The notes beneath the pieces are model-generated. The model searched no databases and was not told the DNA's origin. It worked only from the letters and a program-made list of their open reading frames with translations. Shown here one piece after another: positions 9,501 through 18,488 of a stretch of DNA of 64,000 nt. How positions within the stretch are numbered: the stretch's first letter is position 1; every line of letters begins with the position of its first letter. Location: assembly GCA_051002375.1 (NCBI GenBank), contig JBPCMK010000103.1:1756-65755 (forward strand), given 5' to 3'. Origin of the DNA: Pyrinomonadaceae bacterium (GTDB lineage Bacteria > Acidobacteriota > Blastocatellia > Pyrinomonadales > Pyrinomonadaceae). The position numbers and the translations under genes are program-made.

Positions 9501-10148
9501 CGGAAAAGGTTCGAGCGCAACAAGCGCAGCGGAAATTTCCGTGCCGTTGAGCATCGTGCCGAAAGTTTCGATTGTAACCTGCGCGATGACCGGCAATTTA
9601 ATTTTACGTTTTTGAAAAAGCTCAAAAATCGAACGCAGCGCAGCTTTCGTTTGCAGCAAATCCTGACAAGTTTCGACGATAAATAAATCCGCGCCGCCGT
9701 CCAAAAGCCCGCGCACTTGCTCGTCGTAAGCGCGTTTCAAATTTTCGTAAGAAATATGTCCGAGCGTCGGCAATTTCGTTCCCGGTCCGATTGAACCGGC
9801 GACAAAACGCGGCTGCGCTTTGGTGGAAAAATCATTCGCCAATTTTTTAGCGAGTTCCGCCGCTTTCAGGTTCACGTCGTAAGTTTTATCCGCGATGCCG
9901 AATTCTTGCAAGACAACTTCGCTGCCGCCGAAACTGTTCGTTTCAATCACGTCAACGCCCGCCTGCAAAAATCCGAGATGCACCGTTTCAATCGCTTCGG
10001 GTTTCGTGTAAAGCAAATTTTCCGAGCAGTTTTCAAAATTCGCGCCGCCCCAATCTTCGATTGACAATTCCTGCGCCTGAAGATTGCTGCCCATCGCGCC
10101 GTCAAAGACGACGATTTTTTCTTTTAATAAATCGAGAAATTTTTTCAT
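6564..10148 (-). CDS. metH: cobalamin-dependent methionine synthase
   Basis: Hcy-binding, pterin-binding, B12-binding ([15 protein letters not shown], i.e. DxHxxG) and AdoMet-activation regions, all in MetH order. Start set to ATG 10148 ([24 protein letters not shown]), because the 37 codons upstream read through heptamer repeats. Confidence 0.95.
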   Translation of the reverse strand: MKKFLDLLKEKIVVFDGAMGSNLQAQELSIEDWGGANFENCSENLLYTKPEAIETVHLGFLQAGVDVIETNSFGGSEVVLQEFGIADKTYDVNLKAAELAKKLANDFSTKAQPRFVAGSIGPGTKLPTLGHISYENLKRAYDEQVRGLLDGGADLFIVETCQDLLQTKAALRSIFELFQKRKIKLPVIAQVTIETFGTMLNGTEISAALVALEPFPIDVIGMNCGTGPDQMTENVKYLCENSPFPVSVLPNAGLPEVKDGKQFYSETPEDFAKKVEHFAKDFGANVVGGCCGTSFEHLRLVVEKMQNVSPKNREIKFTPAAASIYFSQPYTQDNSFLIVGERVNASGSKKMRDLLEAEDWDGLVKLAKEQEREGAHILDVNVDFVGRDGVSDMHTLVSRLVTNVKIPLMLDSTEWEKMEEGLKLAGGKCILNSTNYEDGEPRFIKLLELAKEYGAAIVIGLIDEEGMARTAENKLKIARRAFKQATEFGIEAHDIFFDPLALPISTGIEEDRKNASETIESIKRIHAEMPEANIILGVSNVSFGLNPAARVVLNSIFLHEAVEAGMNSAIVNASKILPLNRFNEHEIEVAQDLIYDRRKFAKDNDSEVCVYDPLGEFTTMFQGKTAQSMKVDVSNLSTEEKLKHHIIDGEKIGLEDNLKIALEKYSALEIVNNILLDGMKVVGDLFGSGQMQLPFVLQSAEVMKTAVKFLEPFMEKVEGEQSKGVMVLATVKGDVHDIGKNLVDIILTNNGYRVVNLGIKQPIDEILRVFEGTHCDAIGMSGLLVKSTLVMRDNLEIMNERGINVPVILGGAALNRKYVDSDLVPLYNGKLFYARDAFDGLHAMDALTQREQSKVQSPKSKVAAVGELSEPPALAGELDATIETVSDAEDLVGEDAKLGKQAARVSNRQTGDTTHTTKSDVSNDVEIPEKPFYGSKVVEIKDLNKVFAFINKTALFKGQWQYKQGRKSIEEYEQILQETVYPKFAEIKAKAMREKLLEAKLVYGYFPCQSEGNDLIIYETDEKTEKLRFTFPRQPKEQRGGKNLCLADYFASKDSGKIDVVAFDLVTMGRRASEYAHELFRSDNYTDYLLFHGLSVESAEALAEMWHKRIREEFGIADQDAKDLSKLFHQGYQGSRYSFGYPACPNLEDQTKLFELLLPERIEVELSEEFQLVPEQSTSAIIIHHPEAKYFNIE
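7564..7594. repeat. tandem heptamer ACTTTGG x4.4 inside metH
   Basis: actttgg repeated at 7564, 7571, 7578 and 7585, plus a partial copy. Encodes [11 protein letters not shown] in the B12-domain/activation-domain linker. Confidence 0.95.
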
Positions 10149-10161
10149 ATTTGCGATCTGC

Positions 10162-10241
10162 GATTTGTAATTTTCGATTGGTCGGTTGCTTGCATTGGCG
10201 AGCGAAAAAAATCCCAAATCGGCAATCGAAAATCGCAAATC
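10162..10241. repeat. heptamer-built hairpin in the metH 5' leader
   Basis: 10162-10180 gatttgtaattttcgattg versus the reverse complement of 10223-10241 caatcgaaaatcgcaaatc (2 mismatches). AAATCNN heptamers at 10205-10241. Confidence 0.8.
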
Positions 10242-10243
10242 AA

Positions 10244-10275
10244 AAAACTCCGCGCCCAAACAAGCGCAGAGTTTT
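10244..10275 (-). terminator. intrinsic terminator-like hairpin about 95 nt upstream of the metH start
   Basis: Minus strand aaaactctgcgc-ttgtttgg-gcgcggagtttt followed by ttgatttg. 12-bp stem including one G-U pair. A T-run is also present on the plus strand. Confidence 0.65.
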
Positions 10276-10417
10276 CTTTATCTAAAAAATTATATTGAAA
10301 CTCAAAAGCTGTTTAGCGATTTTTTTCGTGGTCGCAAGTCGCTGTAACTCACCACATCTTAAAGTCTAAAGTTTATAGAGTCGAGAGCCGAGAGTCAACC
10401 GAAAACTTGAAAGCGGC

Positions 10418-10460
10418 GGAAATAAAAAGTGAATTGCTTTTATCAAAAGCAATTCACTTT
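10418..10460 (-). terminator. intrinsic terminator of the C25 peptidase gene
   Basis: aaagtgaattgctttt (10426-10441) pairs perfectly with aaaagcaattcacttt (10445-10460). On the minus strand it is followed by tttttatttcc. Starts 24 nt after the stop at 10484. Confidence 0.85.
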
Positions 10461-10483
10461 AAGTCTCAAGAATGAAAACAAAA

Positions 10484-13060
10484 TTATTTAGTTTTCAAAG
10501 TCGGGTCGCCGAGCAACGTCCAGGATAAACGCACGTCGCGTCCGTAGCTGATAGTCGTTTTCGCATCTCTGATCAAATCGCCGAGCCGTGTTATATTGCC
10601 TGCCGCTATCTGATTGTAATAGCGCGTTGCCATTACTTCCTGCACGTCGGCGGTGGTCAAGCCCGTCGAAGCCCAAGCCGAAACCGCGCCGCCGTTCGGG
10701 TTTTTTAACAAAATTTCTCCCATTGCGTCGTTTTCTTGAATAAAATAACCATTCAGGCAAGTGAGCATCGTGTAAATTGATAAGTTATTTCCGTTATTTA
10801 GCGCACCGGCATTTGTATTGTTAAAAAAGCCGCTCGAAGCCCAAACTCCGGCGTTGCCGTGTCCCGAATAATTAACCAGAAATCGTCCGTTGTTTAGTTC
10901 GCTTAATAATTGCGTCTGCGCGTTTGGCATTTCTCGACCGACCAGAATACGCGGAATTGTCGTCGGTAATTGGTCGCGCAGTCTTCCGCTCAAACCTTGA
11001 AAATCATAGCCGTTCGGCAAATCGTAGGCGAAAACCGCTCCGCGATTTAAGCCTTGACTGCTGACCGTTTGCTCGAAAGCTATTTCTTTATTGAGAGCCA
11101 ACGTAACGGTCGCCGCGTTTCTGGCGGGAATTCTGCCAATCGGTATTTCAGCCAAGCCGTCGTCGTTAAAATCCGCTAAGGTTTCGTCGCTTCCCGTTTC
11201 GGAATAAACCGTGTCAACCAACTTGGTCGGAACGAAATTATAAATTCCGATTCCCGTATAATTTTTCGGGTCGTAAGTCGCATCGCCGAGCAGCAAAACG
11301 TAATTCGGCGGAGTTTGCCAATTAGTTTTGGCGTATTGCAGAAAACTTCTGATGGCGAGGGAATTTAAAACGCCGTAATTAAATTCATCGTAGACATCAT
11401 CTATATTTACGACCTTGACCGTCATTCCTTGCGAGCGGCGATAATTAGCCCAGTCTTCCGCCTGTGGCAGCCAATCTTTGTAAGAAATAATTATCATTTC
11501 GCCGTTATTAGCGGCGGTTGATAAAGTCGAAGGCGCGTTCGGAACTATCCAAGACGGCTGCGCGAGTGCCGCGTCTTCGACGGCGTAAATCATTCGTCCG
11601 CGATTCGACGGTATATAAACCCGATAACCTGCGCCGGATTGTTCGACGGTCAAGCCGCTGATTAAAGTCGGATTGTCTGAATTCGTCGTATCGAACAGAC
11701 GAACATTCAGCGAAGCGAAATTTTCGACGTAGCTTGCTTTATAATTCGGCACGTAAAACGAAAGCTGACCTTGGTCGGCAACGTATTTGCGCGAAAAATT
11801 TACCTTTACCGAATCGAAATACGAACCGTCGCCGGAAGCCGGAGTAGAAGCGAATTGCAGCGTATTAGTTCCTTCGAGCAGAACCGAAGTCGGAATATCG
11901 AAATGTGTGGTAGTGTGCGCGTAGTTGCTCGCTTGTATCACGCCGAGCGGGACGTTGTTTATACTGACGCTGTTTTGATGCGGAACTAATGTCGCGCCGT
12001 TGATGGTAAGGTCTATCGAAGCGGTTGGCGAATTAAAATCAACATTTGATAAATTGAAATTGACGGTCGCGCCGCTCGTGCCGAGAAAAGTTCCGAAAAA
12101 GTTTTCCGCATCTCCGTTTAGAACATTGTAGGCGTAAAACAGACGCTCTTTTTTCAGAAACGACTGTGAATAACCTTGCGATAAAACCGCGCCGTTCATC
12201 TGGCGGCGAATCGTCGTGCCGATGCGTTTGCCGTTTTGCGTTCCGACAACCAGAAAATATGTCTGCGTATTCGATTCGAGCGTATCAATTCCTTTGCCGT
12301 AAAATTCGATATAGCTGCCGTCTGCCCCGACGTTAATCGCCTGCTCGACACCGTTGACGTAAAGCTGCCAACGCTCGGTCGGAGCGGTAACGTCAAAGCC
12401 GCCGGTTTGAAGGTCGGCACGCGAGACGCGGTAAAAGCCTTCGTTTTTCACGCCGATTTTCGCGCCCGCCTGCGCCGCCACCCATTTCTGCGTAACCGGA
12501 TCGGCTTGTGCGTTGTTGCTTTCGACTTCTTCCGCCAAATCCTTAGGCAAAATCAAATCGTTTCGCAAAACTTCGGGCTTGGCGTTTTTCGATTGATTAA
12601 AAAGCTGCTCGGAAGAAGAACCGGCAACATCTTTCAAATCGTTGACGACTTGCGGCTGAATCAAATCGGTCGCAATTTTTTGACCGTTTAGATTGTAGCT
12701 CTCGACGATATAATTTGAATTAGCATCGCCAAAACGGTCGTAATACGAATAGCTGCCGGAAGTGATTTGTTCGGCTTGCGCCCGCGCATATGCGCCCGGA
12801 ACTAGAGCCGTATTGAGAAGCTGACGTTCTCCGCCGCCGACGCGATATACGTAAAATCCGAGATTTTTCGTTTCCCTTTCAGTCTGCCAACCGATCCATA
12901 CGCCGCGACCGTCCGTGTATGCCTTCGCGTCCGAATACTGCACCGGACTTTTTCCGAATTTACCGATTAAATCTAATTTATACAACTTTTGCGCCGACAT
13001 CGGAACGGTCGTCAGCGAAACTGCCAATAACAAAATTGCGGCTGTAAAAAATCTTTTCAT
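10484..13060 (-). CDS. secreted peptidase C25 (gingipain-like) family protein
   Basis: Signal peptide MKRFFTAAILLLAVSLTTVPMSAQ. C-terminal half has YVLLLGDATYDP, DFNDDGLAEIPIGRIP, VNYSGHGN (His) and YTMLTCLNGYF (Cys) in caspase-fold order. ATG 13060 is preferred (AAGGAG 11 nt upstream). Confidence 0.8.
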   Translation of the reverse strand: MKRFFTAAILLLAVSLTTVPMSAQKLYKLDLIGKFGKSPVQYSDAKAYTDGRGVWIGWQTERETKNLGFYVYRVGGGERQLLNTALVPGAYARAQAEQITSGSYSYYDRFGDANSNYIVESYNLNGQKIATDLIQPQVVNDLKDVAGSSSEQLFNQSKNAKPEVLRNDLILPKDLAEEVESNNAQADPVTQKWVAAQAGAKIGVKNEGFYRVSRADLQTGGFDVTAPTERWQLYVNGVEQAINVGADGSYIEFYGKGIDTLESNTQTYFLVVGTQNGKRIGTTIRRQMNGAVLSQGYSQSFLKKERLFYAYNVLNGDAENFFGTFLGTSGATVNFNLSNVDFNSPTASIDLTINGATLVPHQNSVSINNVPLGVIQASNYAHTTTHFDIPTSVLLEGTNTLQFASTPASGDGSYFDSVKVNFSRKYVADQGQLSFYVPNYKASYVENFASLNVRLFDTTNSDNPTLISGLTVEQSGAGYRVYIPSNRGRMIYAVEDAALAQPSWIVPNAPSTLSTAANNGEMIIISYKDWLPQAEDWANYRRSQGMTVKVVNIDDVYDEFNYGVLNSLAIRSFLQYAKTNWQTPPNYVLLLGDATYDPKNYTGIGIYNFVPTKLVDTVYSETGSDETLADFNDDGLAEIPIGRIPARNAATVTLALNKEIAFEQTVSSQGLNRGAVFAYDLPNGYDFQGLSGRLRDQLPTTIPRILVGREMPNAQTQLLSELNNGRFLVNYSGHGNAGVWASSGFFNNTNAGALNNGNNLSIYTMLTCLNGYFIQENDAMGEILLKNPNGGAVSAWASTGLTTADVQEVMATRYYNQIAAGNITRLGDLIRDAKTTISYGRDVRLSWTLLGDPTLKTK

Positions 13061-13343
13061 ACTTTTACGCACTCCTTATGCGCGAAATCGAATCTAAAAC
13101 TCGTTTGCGTGATAATTTAACTTAAGGGGATTGGACGAATAATCATCGCTGATTCTACTATTTTTTTCGTCGTTTGCCAAACATATTTCAGCGTTGGCGC
13201 AAATAAACGAATCTACATCTCTTTTTTAATGATGCTTCGAGATTTTCAATTTGAAAATCGTTGCACCTACAAATGTCGAAGAAACCCGAATTATTTCGCC
13301 CGTTCGCTTATCAATAAACCGGATTTTTGTTAAAGTGCAAGAT

Positions 13344-15083
13344 ATGTTTTCCAAATCAATCAAAAAATTCTGCGTCATTCTTTTCGTTATGTCATTTCAG
13401 CTTTCGTTTATTCCGCCCGACAGAAATATTTTTGCGGCGCGGCGCGAAGCCGCCCGCGGACGACACGCGATGGTCGCCTCGCAGCACCGGCTCGCTTCGG
13501 AAATCGGCGCGGACGTGATGAAACGCGGCGGCAACGCCGTGGACGCGGCGGTTGCCGTCGCGCTCGCTTTAGCGGTCGTTTATCCCGAAGCCGGAAATTT
13601 GGGCGGCGGCGGATTTATGCTGATTCGTTTTAAGGACGGCAAAACGACGGCGATTGATTACCGCGAAATGGCTCCGGCGGCGGCGAATCGAGATATTTAT
13701 GTTGACGACAAAGGCGAGCTTATCAAAGGCGAAGGTTCTTCGACCGTCGGTTATCGCGCCGCCGGAGTTCCGGGAACGCCCGCCGGACTCGATTATGCTT
13801 TTCAGAAATACGGCTCGAAAAAAATGTCTTGGGCGCAGCTTGTCGAACCGGCGCGAAAGCTCGCGCAAAACGGTTATGTTTTAAGCGACCGGCTGGCAAA
13901 TCTTTTTAAGTCTTATCAAAATCATCTCGACAAATACGAAGACAGCAAACGTATATTTTTGAATGGCGGCGAATTCTACCAAGAAGGCGATACGTTCAAA
14001 CAGCCGGATTTGGCGAACACGCTCGACCGTCTGGAAAAATTCGGCGTGAAGGATTTTTACGAAGGCGCGACCGCGAAATTGATCGCCGACGATATGAAGG
14101 CGCACAACGGTTTGATAACTTTGCAGGATTTGAAAAACTATCAGCCGAAAGAGCGTGTGCCGCTTCGCGGAACTTATCGCGGTTACGAAATTATCACGAT
14201 GCCGCCGCCGAGTTCGGGCGGAATCGTAATGCTCGAATGTCTTAATATTTTGGAAAAATACGATTTACATTCGATGGAATCGAATTCGTCGAAGTATTAT
14301 CACGTTCTCACCGAAGCGATGCGCCGCGCCTTTGCCGACCGCTCCGAACTAATGGGCGACCCGGATTTCGTCAATGTTCCGGTCAGCGATTTGATTAGCA
14401 AAAGCTACGCCGACAAACGACGCGAAACGATTGATTTGACGAAAGCCTCGAAAAGCTCCGACATCAAAGCTGGCGAAGTCGTCGGGAAAGAACCGATGGA
14501 AACGACGCATTTTACAATCGTTGACGCGGACGACAACGTCGTAACGAACACTTACACGATTAACGATTTATATGGTTCGGGCGTTACGGCGAAAGGCACG
14601 GGCATTTTATTAAACGACGAGATGGACGATTTTGCGGCGCGTCCCGGAAAACCGAATATGTTCGGTTTGATTCAAGGCGAACGAAACGATATTCAACCGA
14701 AAAAACGTCCGCTTTCCTCGATGACTCCGACGATTGTTTTGCGAAAAGACGGTTCGCTCTGGTTCGCCACCGGAGCGCGCGGCGGACCGCGAATTATCAC
14801 AGCGGTTTTGCAAATCGTGTTGAATATGATTGACCACGATATGACGCTTCAGCAGGCGATTGACGCGCCGCGAATTCATCATCAATGGTTTCCCGACGAG
14901 ATTCTTTACGAGCCTTTCGGAATGTCGCCCGACACGCGGCTCGCAATGGAAAATCTCGGTCATAAATTTGCCGAAAAGCCCGGTTTCGTCGCCTCGGCAA
15001 CCGGCATTGCGATTGAAGAAAAAACCGGCGTTCGATTGGGCGCGATTGACCCGCGAAGCGACGGCGAAGCAATCGGATATTAA
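13344..15083 (+). CDS. ggt: gamma-glutamyltransferase
   Basis: GGNAVDAAVAVALALAVVYPEAGNLGGGGFMLI, the autoprocessing site ETTHFTIVD, and GSGVTAKGTGILLNDEMDDF. Start set at MFSKSIKK (signal peptide). Confidence 0.93.
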   Translation: MFSKSIKKFCVILFVMSFQLSFIPPDRNIFAARREAARGRHAMVASQHRLASEIGADVMKRGGNAVDAAVAVALALAVVYPEAGNLGGGGFMLIRFKDGKTTAIDYREMAPAAANRDIYVDDKGELIKGEGSSTVGYRAAGVPGTPAGLDYAFQKYGSKKMSWAQLVEPARKLAQNGYVLSDRLANLFKSYQNHLDKYEDSKRIFLNGGEFYQEGDTFKQPDLANTLDRLEKFGVKDFYEGATAKLIADDMKAHNGLITLQDLKNYQPKERVPLRGTYRGYEIITMPPPSSGGIVMLECLNILEKYDLHSMESNSSKYYHVLTEAMRRAFADRSELMGDPDFVNVPVSDLISKSYADKRRETIDLTKASKSSDIKAGEVVGKEPMETTHFTIVDADDNVVTNTYTINDLYGSGVTAKGTGILLNDEMDDFAARPGKPNMFGLIQGERNDIQPKKRPLSSMTPTIVLRKDGSLWFATGARGGPRIITAVLQIVLNMIDHDMTLQQAIDAPRIHHQWFPDEILYEPFGMSPDTRLAMENLGHKFAEKPGFVASATGIAIEEKTGVRLGAIDPRSDGEAIGY

Positions 15084-15175
15084 AATTGAATTACGGCGGG
15101 TTTTCCATTGATTTTACTTGCCGAAGTCAATCTAAAAAAGGTAGCCTTGAGAAAAATCGAAAAGGAGAAGATTTT

Positions 15176-16084
15176 ATGCGAAAACAAATAACTTATTTAC
15201 TTTGGTCGGCTTTATTTTGCGCGGCTTGTTTCAGCCTCGCGTGTCAAGCACCGGCGACTAATACAACCGTTAATATGACGGTTAATTCAAATGCGAATGC
15301 AAACACCAATACGAATATGAATTCGATGAATTCGATGAATTCGTTGAATTCAAATCTTGCGAATTCAAATCTTGCGAATTCAAATACAGTCGTTAATTCG
15401 AGCGCGGTTGTTGACACGAAAGAACCGGAGCAATATCAAGCGACGGTAACGGCGCGGCTGGAAACTTCCGGCAGTCAAAAAATGTCTATGCCGCCGTTGA
15501 AAGCGGAAGTGGGGCGCGACGGCGCGAACCGCCGTTTGGAAATCGCCGCGCCGAACGGAGAAAAAATCGTTTATCTGGAAACGAACGGCAAAAAATATAT
15601 TATCGCGCCGCAGCGTAAAGAATATGGCGAATTAGATAAGGATTCGCTCGGTTTCGACATTCAAAATTTATTGATGCCTGACCAAATCGTCAATCGGGTT
15701 AAAAACCTAAAAGGTGTCGAGAAAGTCGGCGAAGAAAAAGTTAATGGACGCGACGCGATAAAATACAGTTACGGCGCGACGACCAATACGCAGACGAAAG
15801 CCGGAACGGTCGAAACCGAATCTTTTATTCTCGTTGACAAAGAAACCGGTTTGCCTCTGCGTTCCGTAACGAGTTCGCAGTCGGAAAACGGCAGCGTACA
15901 GGGAGTTAACGGTTTGAGTTTGATAACCGAAATAAGCAACATTCGGACAACCGCCGATGCGAGTTTGTTTGCCGAACCGACCAATTTCAAAAAAGTCGAA
16001 CCCGAACAAATCAGACAACAGGTAAATCAACTTTTAAGCGTCGCTATGGCGATTGTCGGTCAAATAATGAAAAACGCACAATAG
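15176..16084 (+). CDS. lipoprotein with Asn-rich linker (LolA-like fold is only a guess)
   Basis: AAAGGAG at 15161-15167. MRKQITYLLWSALFCAACFSLAC gives a lipobox. Followed by an N/S-rich low-complexity tract encoded by short tandem DNA repeats at 15310-15375. Confidence 0.75.
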   Translation: MRKQITYLLWSALFCAACFSLACQAPATNTTVNMTVNSNANANTNTNMNSMNSMNSLNSNLANSNLANSNTVVNSSAVVDTKEPEQYQATVTARLETSGSQKMSMPPLKAEVGRDGANRRLEIAAPNGEKIVYLETNGKKYIIAPQRKEYGELDKDSLGFDIQNLLMPDQIVNRVKNLKGVEKVGEEKVNGRDAIKYSYGATTNTQTKAGTVETESFILVDKETGLPLRSVTSSQSENGSVQGVNGLSLITEISNIRTTADASLFAEPTNFKKVEPEQIRQQVNQLLSVAMAIVGQIMKNAQ

Positions 16085-16085
16085 G

Positions 16086-16169
16086 AAAATTACGCGCTTT
16101 CAAATTACGAATTGTGAATTGAAGAAAATTTTCCAACATTCGTAATTTGTAATTTGAAATTCGTAATTG
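16086..16169. repeat. palindromic element built from AATTACG heptamers
   Basis: 16098-16120 tttcaaattacgaattgtgaatt versus the reverse complement of 16137-16160 (about 20 of 23 match). Fills the whole intergenic gap. Confidence 0.8.
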
Positions 16170-16179
16170 ATATAAAACT

Positions 16180-16950
16180 ATGAGCAAAACTTTAACATTC
16201 ATACTCGGCGCGGTTCTCGGTTTAATAATCGGCGGCGGCTTGATTTTTTATTTGTTCGGCGGCGTGCCGCGTGCCGCGCAAGCTCCCGGCAAGCCGATTC
16301 AGCAGCCCGATCCGAATGGCTCGCCCGCAGGAACGGCGAACGTCGTCTTAAACCAGCAGTTTTTCGATACGATTCTGGCGACGATTTTCCGCGATATGAA
16401 CGCGCCCGCTTTTCCGCTTAATTTGACCGGAAGAAATAATTACGTTCCGACCGCGCAGCCGCAGCTTGCGAGTTTCGCTTTTCAAAATAACAATGGCTGC
16501 GACGGCAAGATAATTTTGAAACCCGAAGGAAGCGGCGTAACGACGGGCGTTCGCCTTGAAAACGGAAAAATCTCCGCGCCGCTCGCCTTTGCGGGCAGCA
16601 CTTCGGTTTTCGGTCAATGTGTAAATTTTACCGGCTGGGCGCAGGCGAATCTGGCACTTCGTTATGATGAATCACAGCAAACCGTGTTCGGACAAATTAA
16701 TGTCGAGACGGTAAATCTCGACGGCGTTTTGCCGGTCGTGAGCGGTTTCGTAACGCCGATTGTGCAGACGACAATCAACCAAAGGGTCAATCCAATTGTC
16801 ATTTTGCGCGGTCAGCAAATCGCTCTGAATCTTCCGATTGCTGCGACCAACGGAAATTTGCAGGCGCAAGTCAAAGACGTTCGCGCCGATGTTAAAGACG
16901 GCGCACTCAACTTATACGTTACTTATAACTTTACCGGCTCGGGCAAATAA
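16180..16950 (+). CDS. membrane-anchored hypothetical protein
   Basis: 256 aa. N-terminal TM helix LTFILGAVLGLIIGGGLIFYLFGG. No motif recognised. Confidence 0.65.
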   Translation: MSKTLTFILGAVLGLIIGGGLIFYLFGGVPRAAQAPGKPIQQPDPNGSPAGTANVVLNQQFFDTILATIFRDMNAPAFPLNLTGRNNYVPTAQPQLASFAFQNNNGCDGKIILKPEGSGVTTGVRLENGKISAPLAFAGSTSVFGQCVNFTGWAQANLALRYDESQQTVFGQINVETVNLDGVLPVVSGFVTPIVQTTINQRVNPIVILRGQQIALNLPIAATNGNLQAQVKDVRADVKDGALNLYVTYNFTGSGK

Positions 16951-17041
16951 TACAAAACGCCGAAATTTTCTTTGACACATTGTTAGGTTTTATTTTACAA
17001 TTCCGACGAAAATAAATTTTCTTTCTTCTTCTCTCAAACGA

Positions 17042-18484
17042 ATGTCTGCAGTCGAAACCGAAACTGTTTCAGAAGAAAAAATCGAAGAGACGACTCCGCC
17101 GAAAAAAAAGCGTTCGCGGCTGCCGATTTATATTGTCGGCAGCGTGATTTTTGTCGGCGGCATAATCGGTCTTGCGTGGTGGCTGCACGCCCGCCAATTC
17201 GCCACGACCGACGACGCTTTCGTCGAAGGCAACATCTCTTTGATAACGCCGAAAATATCTTCGTATGTCGTCCGCATTCACGTTCAGGAAAATCAATTGG
17301 TCAAAAAAGGCGATTTGCTAATCGAGTTGGATTCAAGAGAGCCGGAAGCGAAATTGGAAGAAGCCCAAGTCGCCAAACAGACCGCGCTCGCCGAACTCGA
17401 AAAAGCCAACGCCACAACCGCTTTGACCCGCAAGAACGGCAAAGCCGGTTTGACCGAAGCGAGTTCAAATTTGGAAACCGCGAAAAACAACGTCGAACAA
17501 TCGCGTCTCGCATCCGATTCAAAACAAAATGTCATCGAGCAAAATCGCAGCCGAGCCGCTGTCGCCGAAGCAAATCTGAGTCAAGTGCAAGAGCAGATTC
17601 CGGCGGCGGAAGCCTCGCTCGCCCAAGCCCGCGCTCAAGTTCCGGCGGCGCAAGCCAAAATTGATTACGCCCGCGCCGAATTTGCCCGCAACAAATCTTT
17701 GTTCGATGCGGGCGATATTTCCAAACAGGAATTCGAGCAGTCGAAACGCGAACTCAGCCAAATCGAAGCAGCGATGACGATGGCTGAAAAACAAGTGGAA
17801 ATCGCGCAGGCGCAGTTTGCCGCCCTGCGTCGTCAAGTCGAAGTCGAACGCTCGCGCGTCAAGGAAATGCAGTCGGGCATCGCTTCCGCCGAAAGCGATT
17901 ATCGCCAATCTCTCGCGCAAGTTGACGCAACCGCTTCGCAGGCGAACGAATCGCTCGGACGGCTTCAAGGAGCGCAGACTTTGCCCGAACAAATCGCCGT
18001 CCAATCGTCAGAAATCAGCGCGGCGGAAGCCAAAGTCGCGCAAGCCGAAAACGCCATTCGCCAAGCCGAACTCGAAGTTTCCTACACGAAAATTTATGCG
18101 CCGCAAGACGGCTACGTCGCCCGCAAAACCGTGCAGGAAGGACAACTCGTGCAGCCCGATCAAAGTTTAATGGCGATAACGCAAAATGATTTTTGGGTCG
18201 TGGCGAATTACAAGGAAACGCAGCTCGAACAAATGAAAATCGGGCAGCCGGTTGATATTTATATTGACGCTTATCCGAACACGGTTTTTCACGGCAAGAT
18301 TGACAGCTTTCAAGCCGGAACAGGCTCGCGCTTTTCGGTTTTGCCGTCGGAAAACGCGACCGGTGGATTCGTCAAAGTCGTGCAGAGAGTTCCGGTGAAA
18401 ATCGTTTTCGACCGGCAGCCCGATAATCAAAAATACTTGCTCGTGCCGGGAATGTCGGTCGTTCCGCGCGTGAAACTCAGATAA
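17042..18484 (+). CDS. HlyD/EmrA-family membrane fusion protein
   Basis: N-terminal TM. Lipoyl-like motif (VKKGDLLIELD ... YTKIYAPQDGYV), a long A/Q/E coiled coil, and a C-terminal beta-barrel (VPGMSV). Located upstream of an MFS pump. Confidence 0.88.
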   Translation: MSAVETETVSEEKIEETTPPKKKRSRLPIYIVGSVIFVGGIIGLAWWLHARQFATTDDAFVEGNISLITPKISSYVVRIHVQENQLVKKGDLLIELDSREPEAKLEEAQVAKQTALAELEKANATTALTRKNGKAGLTEASSNLETAKNNVEQSRLASDSKQNVIEQNRSRAAVAEANLSQVQEQIPAAEASLAQARAQVPAAQAKIDYARAEFARNKSLFDAGDISKQEFEQSKRELSQIEAAMTMAEKQVEIAQAQFAALRRQVEVERSRVKEMQSGIASAESDYRQSLAQVDATASQANESLGRLQGAQTLPEQIAVQSSEISAAEAKVAQAENAIRQAELEVSYTKIYAPQDGYVARKTVQEGQLVQPDQSLMAITQNDFWVVANYKETQLEQMKIGQPVDIYIDAYPNTVFHGKIDSFQAGTGSRFSVLPSENATGGFVKVVQRVPVKIVFDRQPDNQKYLLVPGMSVVPRVKLR

Positions 18485-18488
18485 TCAA

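Noticed and set aside
10149-10259. 37-codon N-terminal extension of metH in the ORF track
   Set aside because: It reads through AAATCNN heptamer repeats (FSIADLGFF...). The conserved MetH N-terminus begins at [11 protein letters not shown] (ATG 10148).
10149-10483. SAM-I, SAH or cobalamin riboswitch upstream of metH
   Set aside because: I could not find the conserved cores by eye (for example a B12 box, or the SAM-I GGC...GCC junction motifs). It is kept only as an untested possibility in the findings.
15086-15175. Upstream extensions of track ORFs: 15086 (lipoprotein), 21570 (CrtC-like), 30937-31041 (methyltransferase), 13251 (ggt), 46201-46245 (beta-CASP)
   Set aside because: In each case an internal ATG with a Shine-Dalgarno sequence and/or a proper signal peptide or conserved N-terminus gives a better start. 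Several of the extensions cross repeats or the neighbouring gene.
17176-18170. Multiple ORFs in other frames or on the other strand over the HlyD gene
   Set aside because: The A/Q/E-rich coiled-coil coding DNA keeps alternative frames open. The translations are R/S-rich nonsense.
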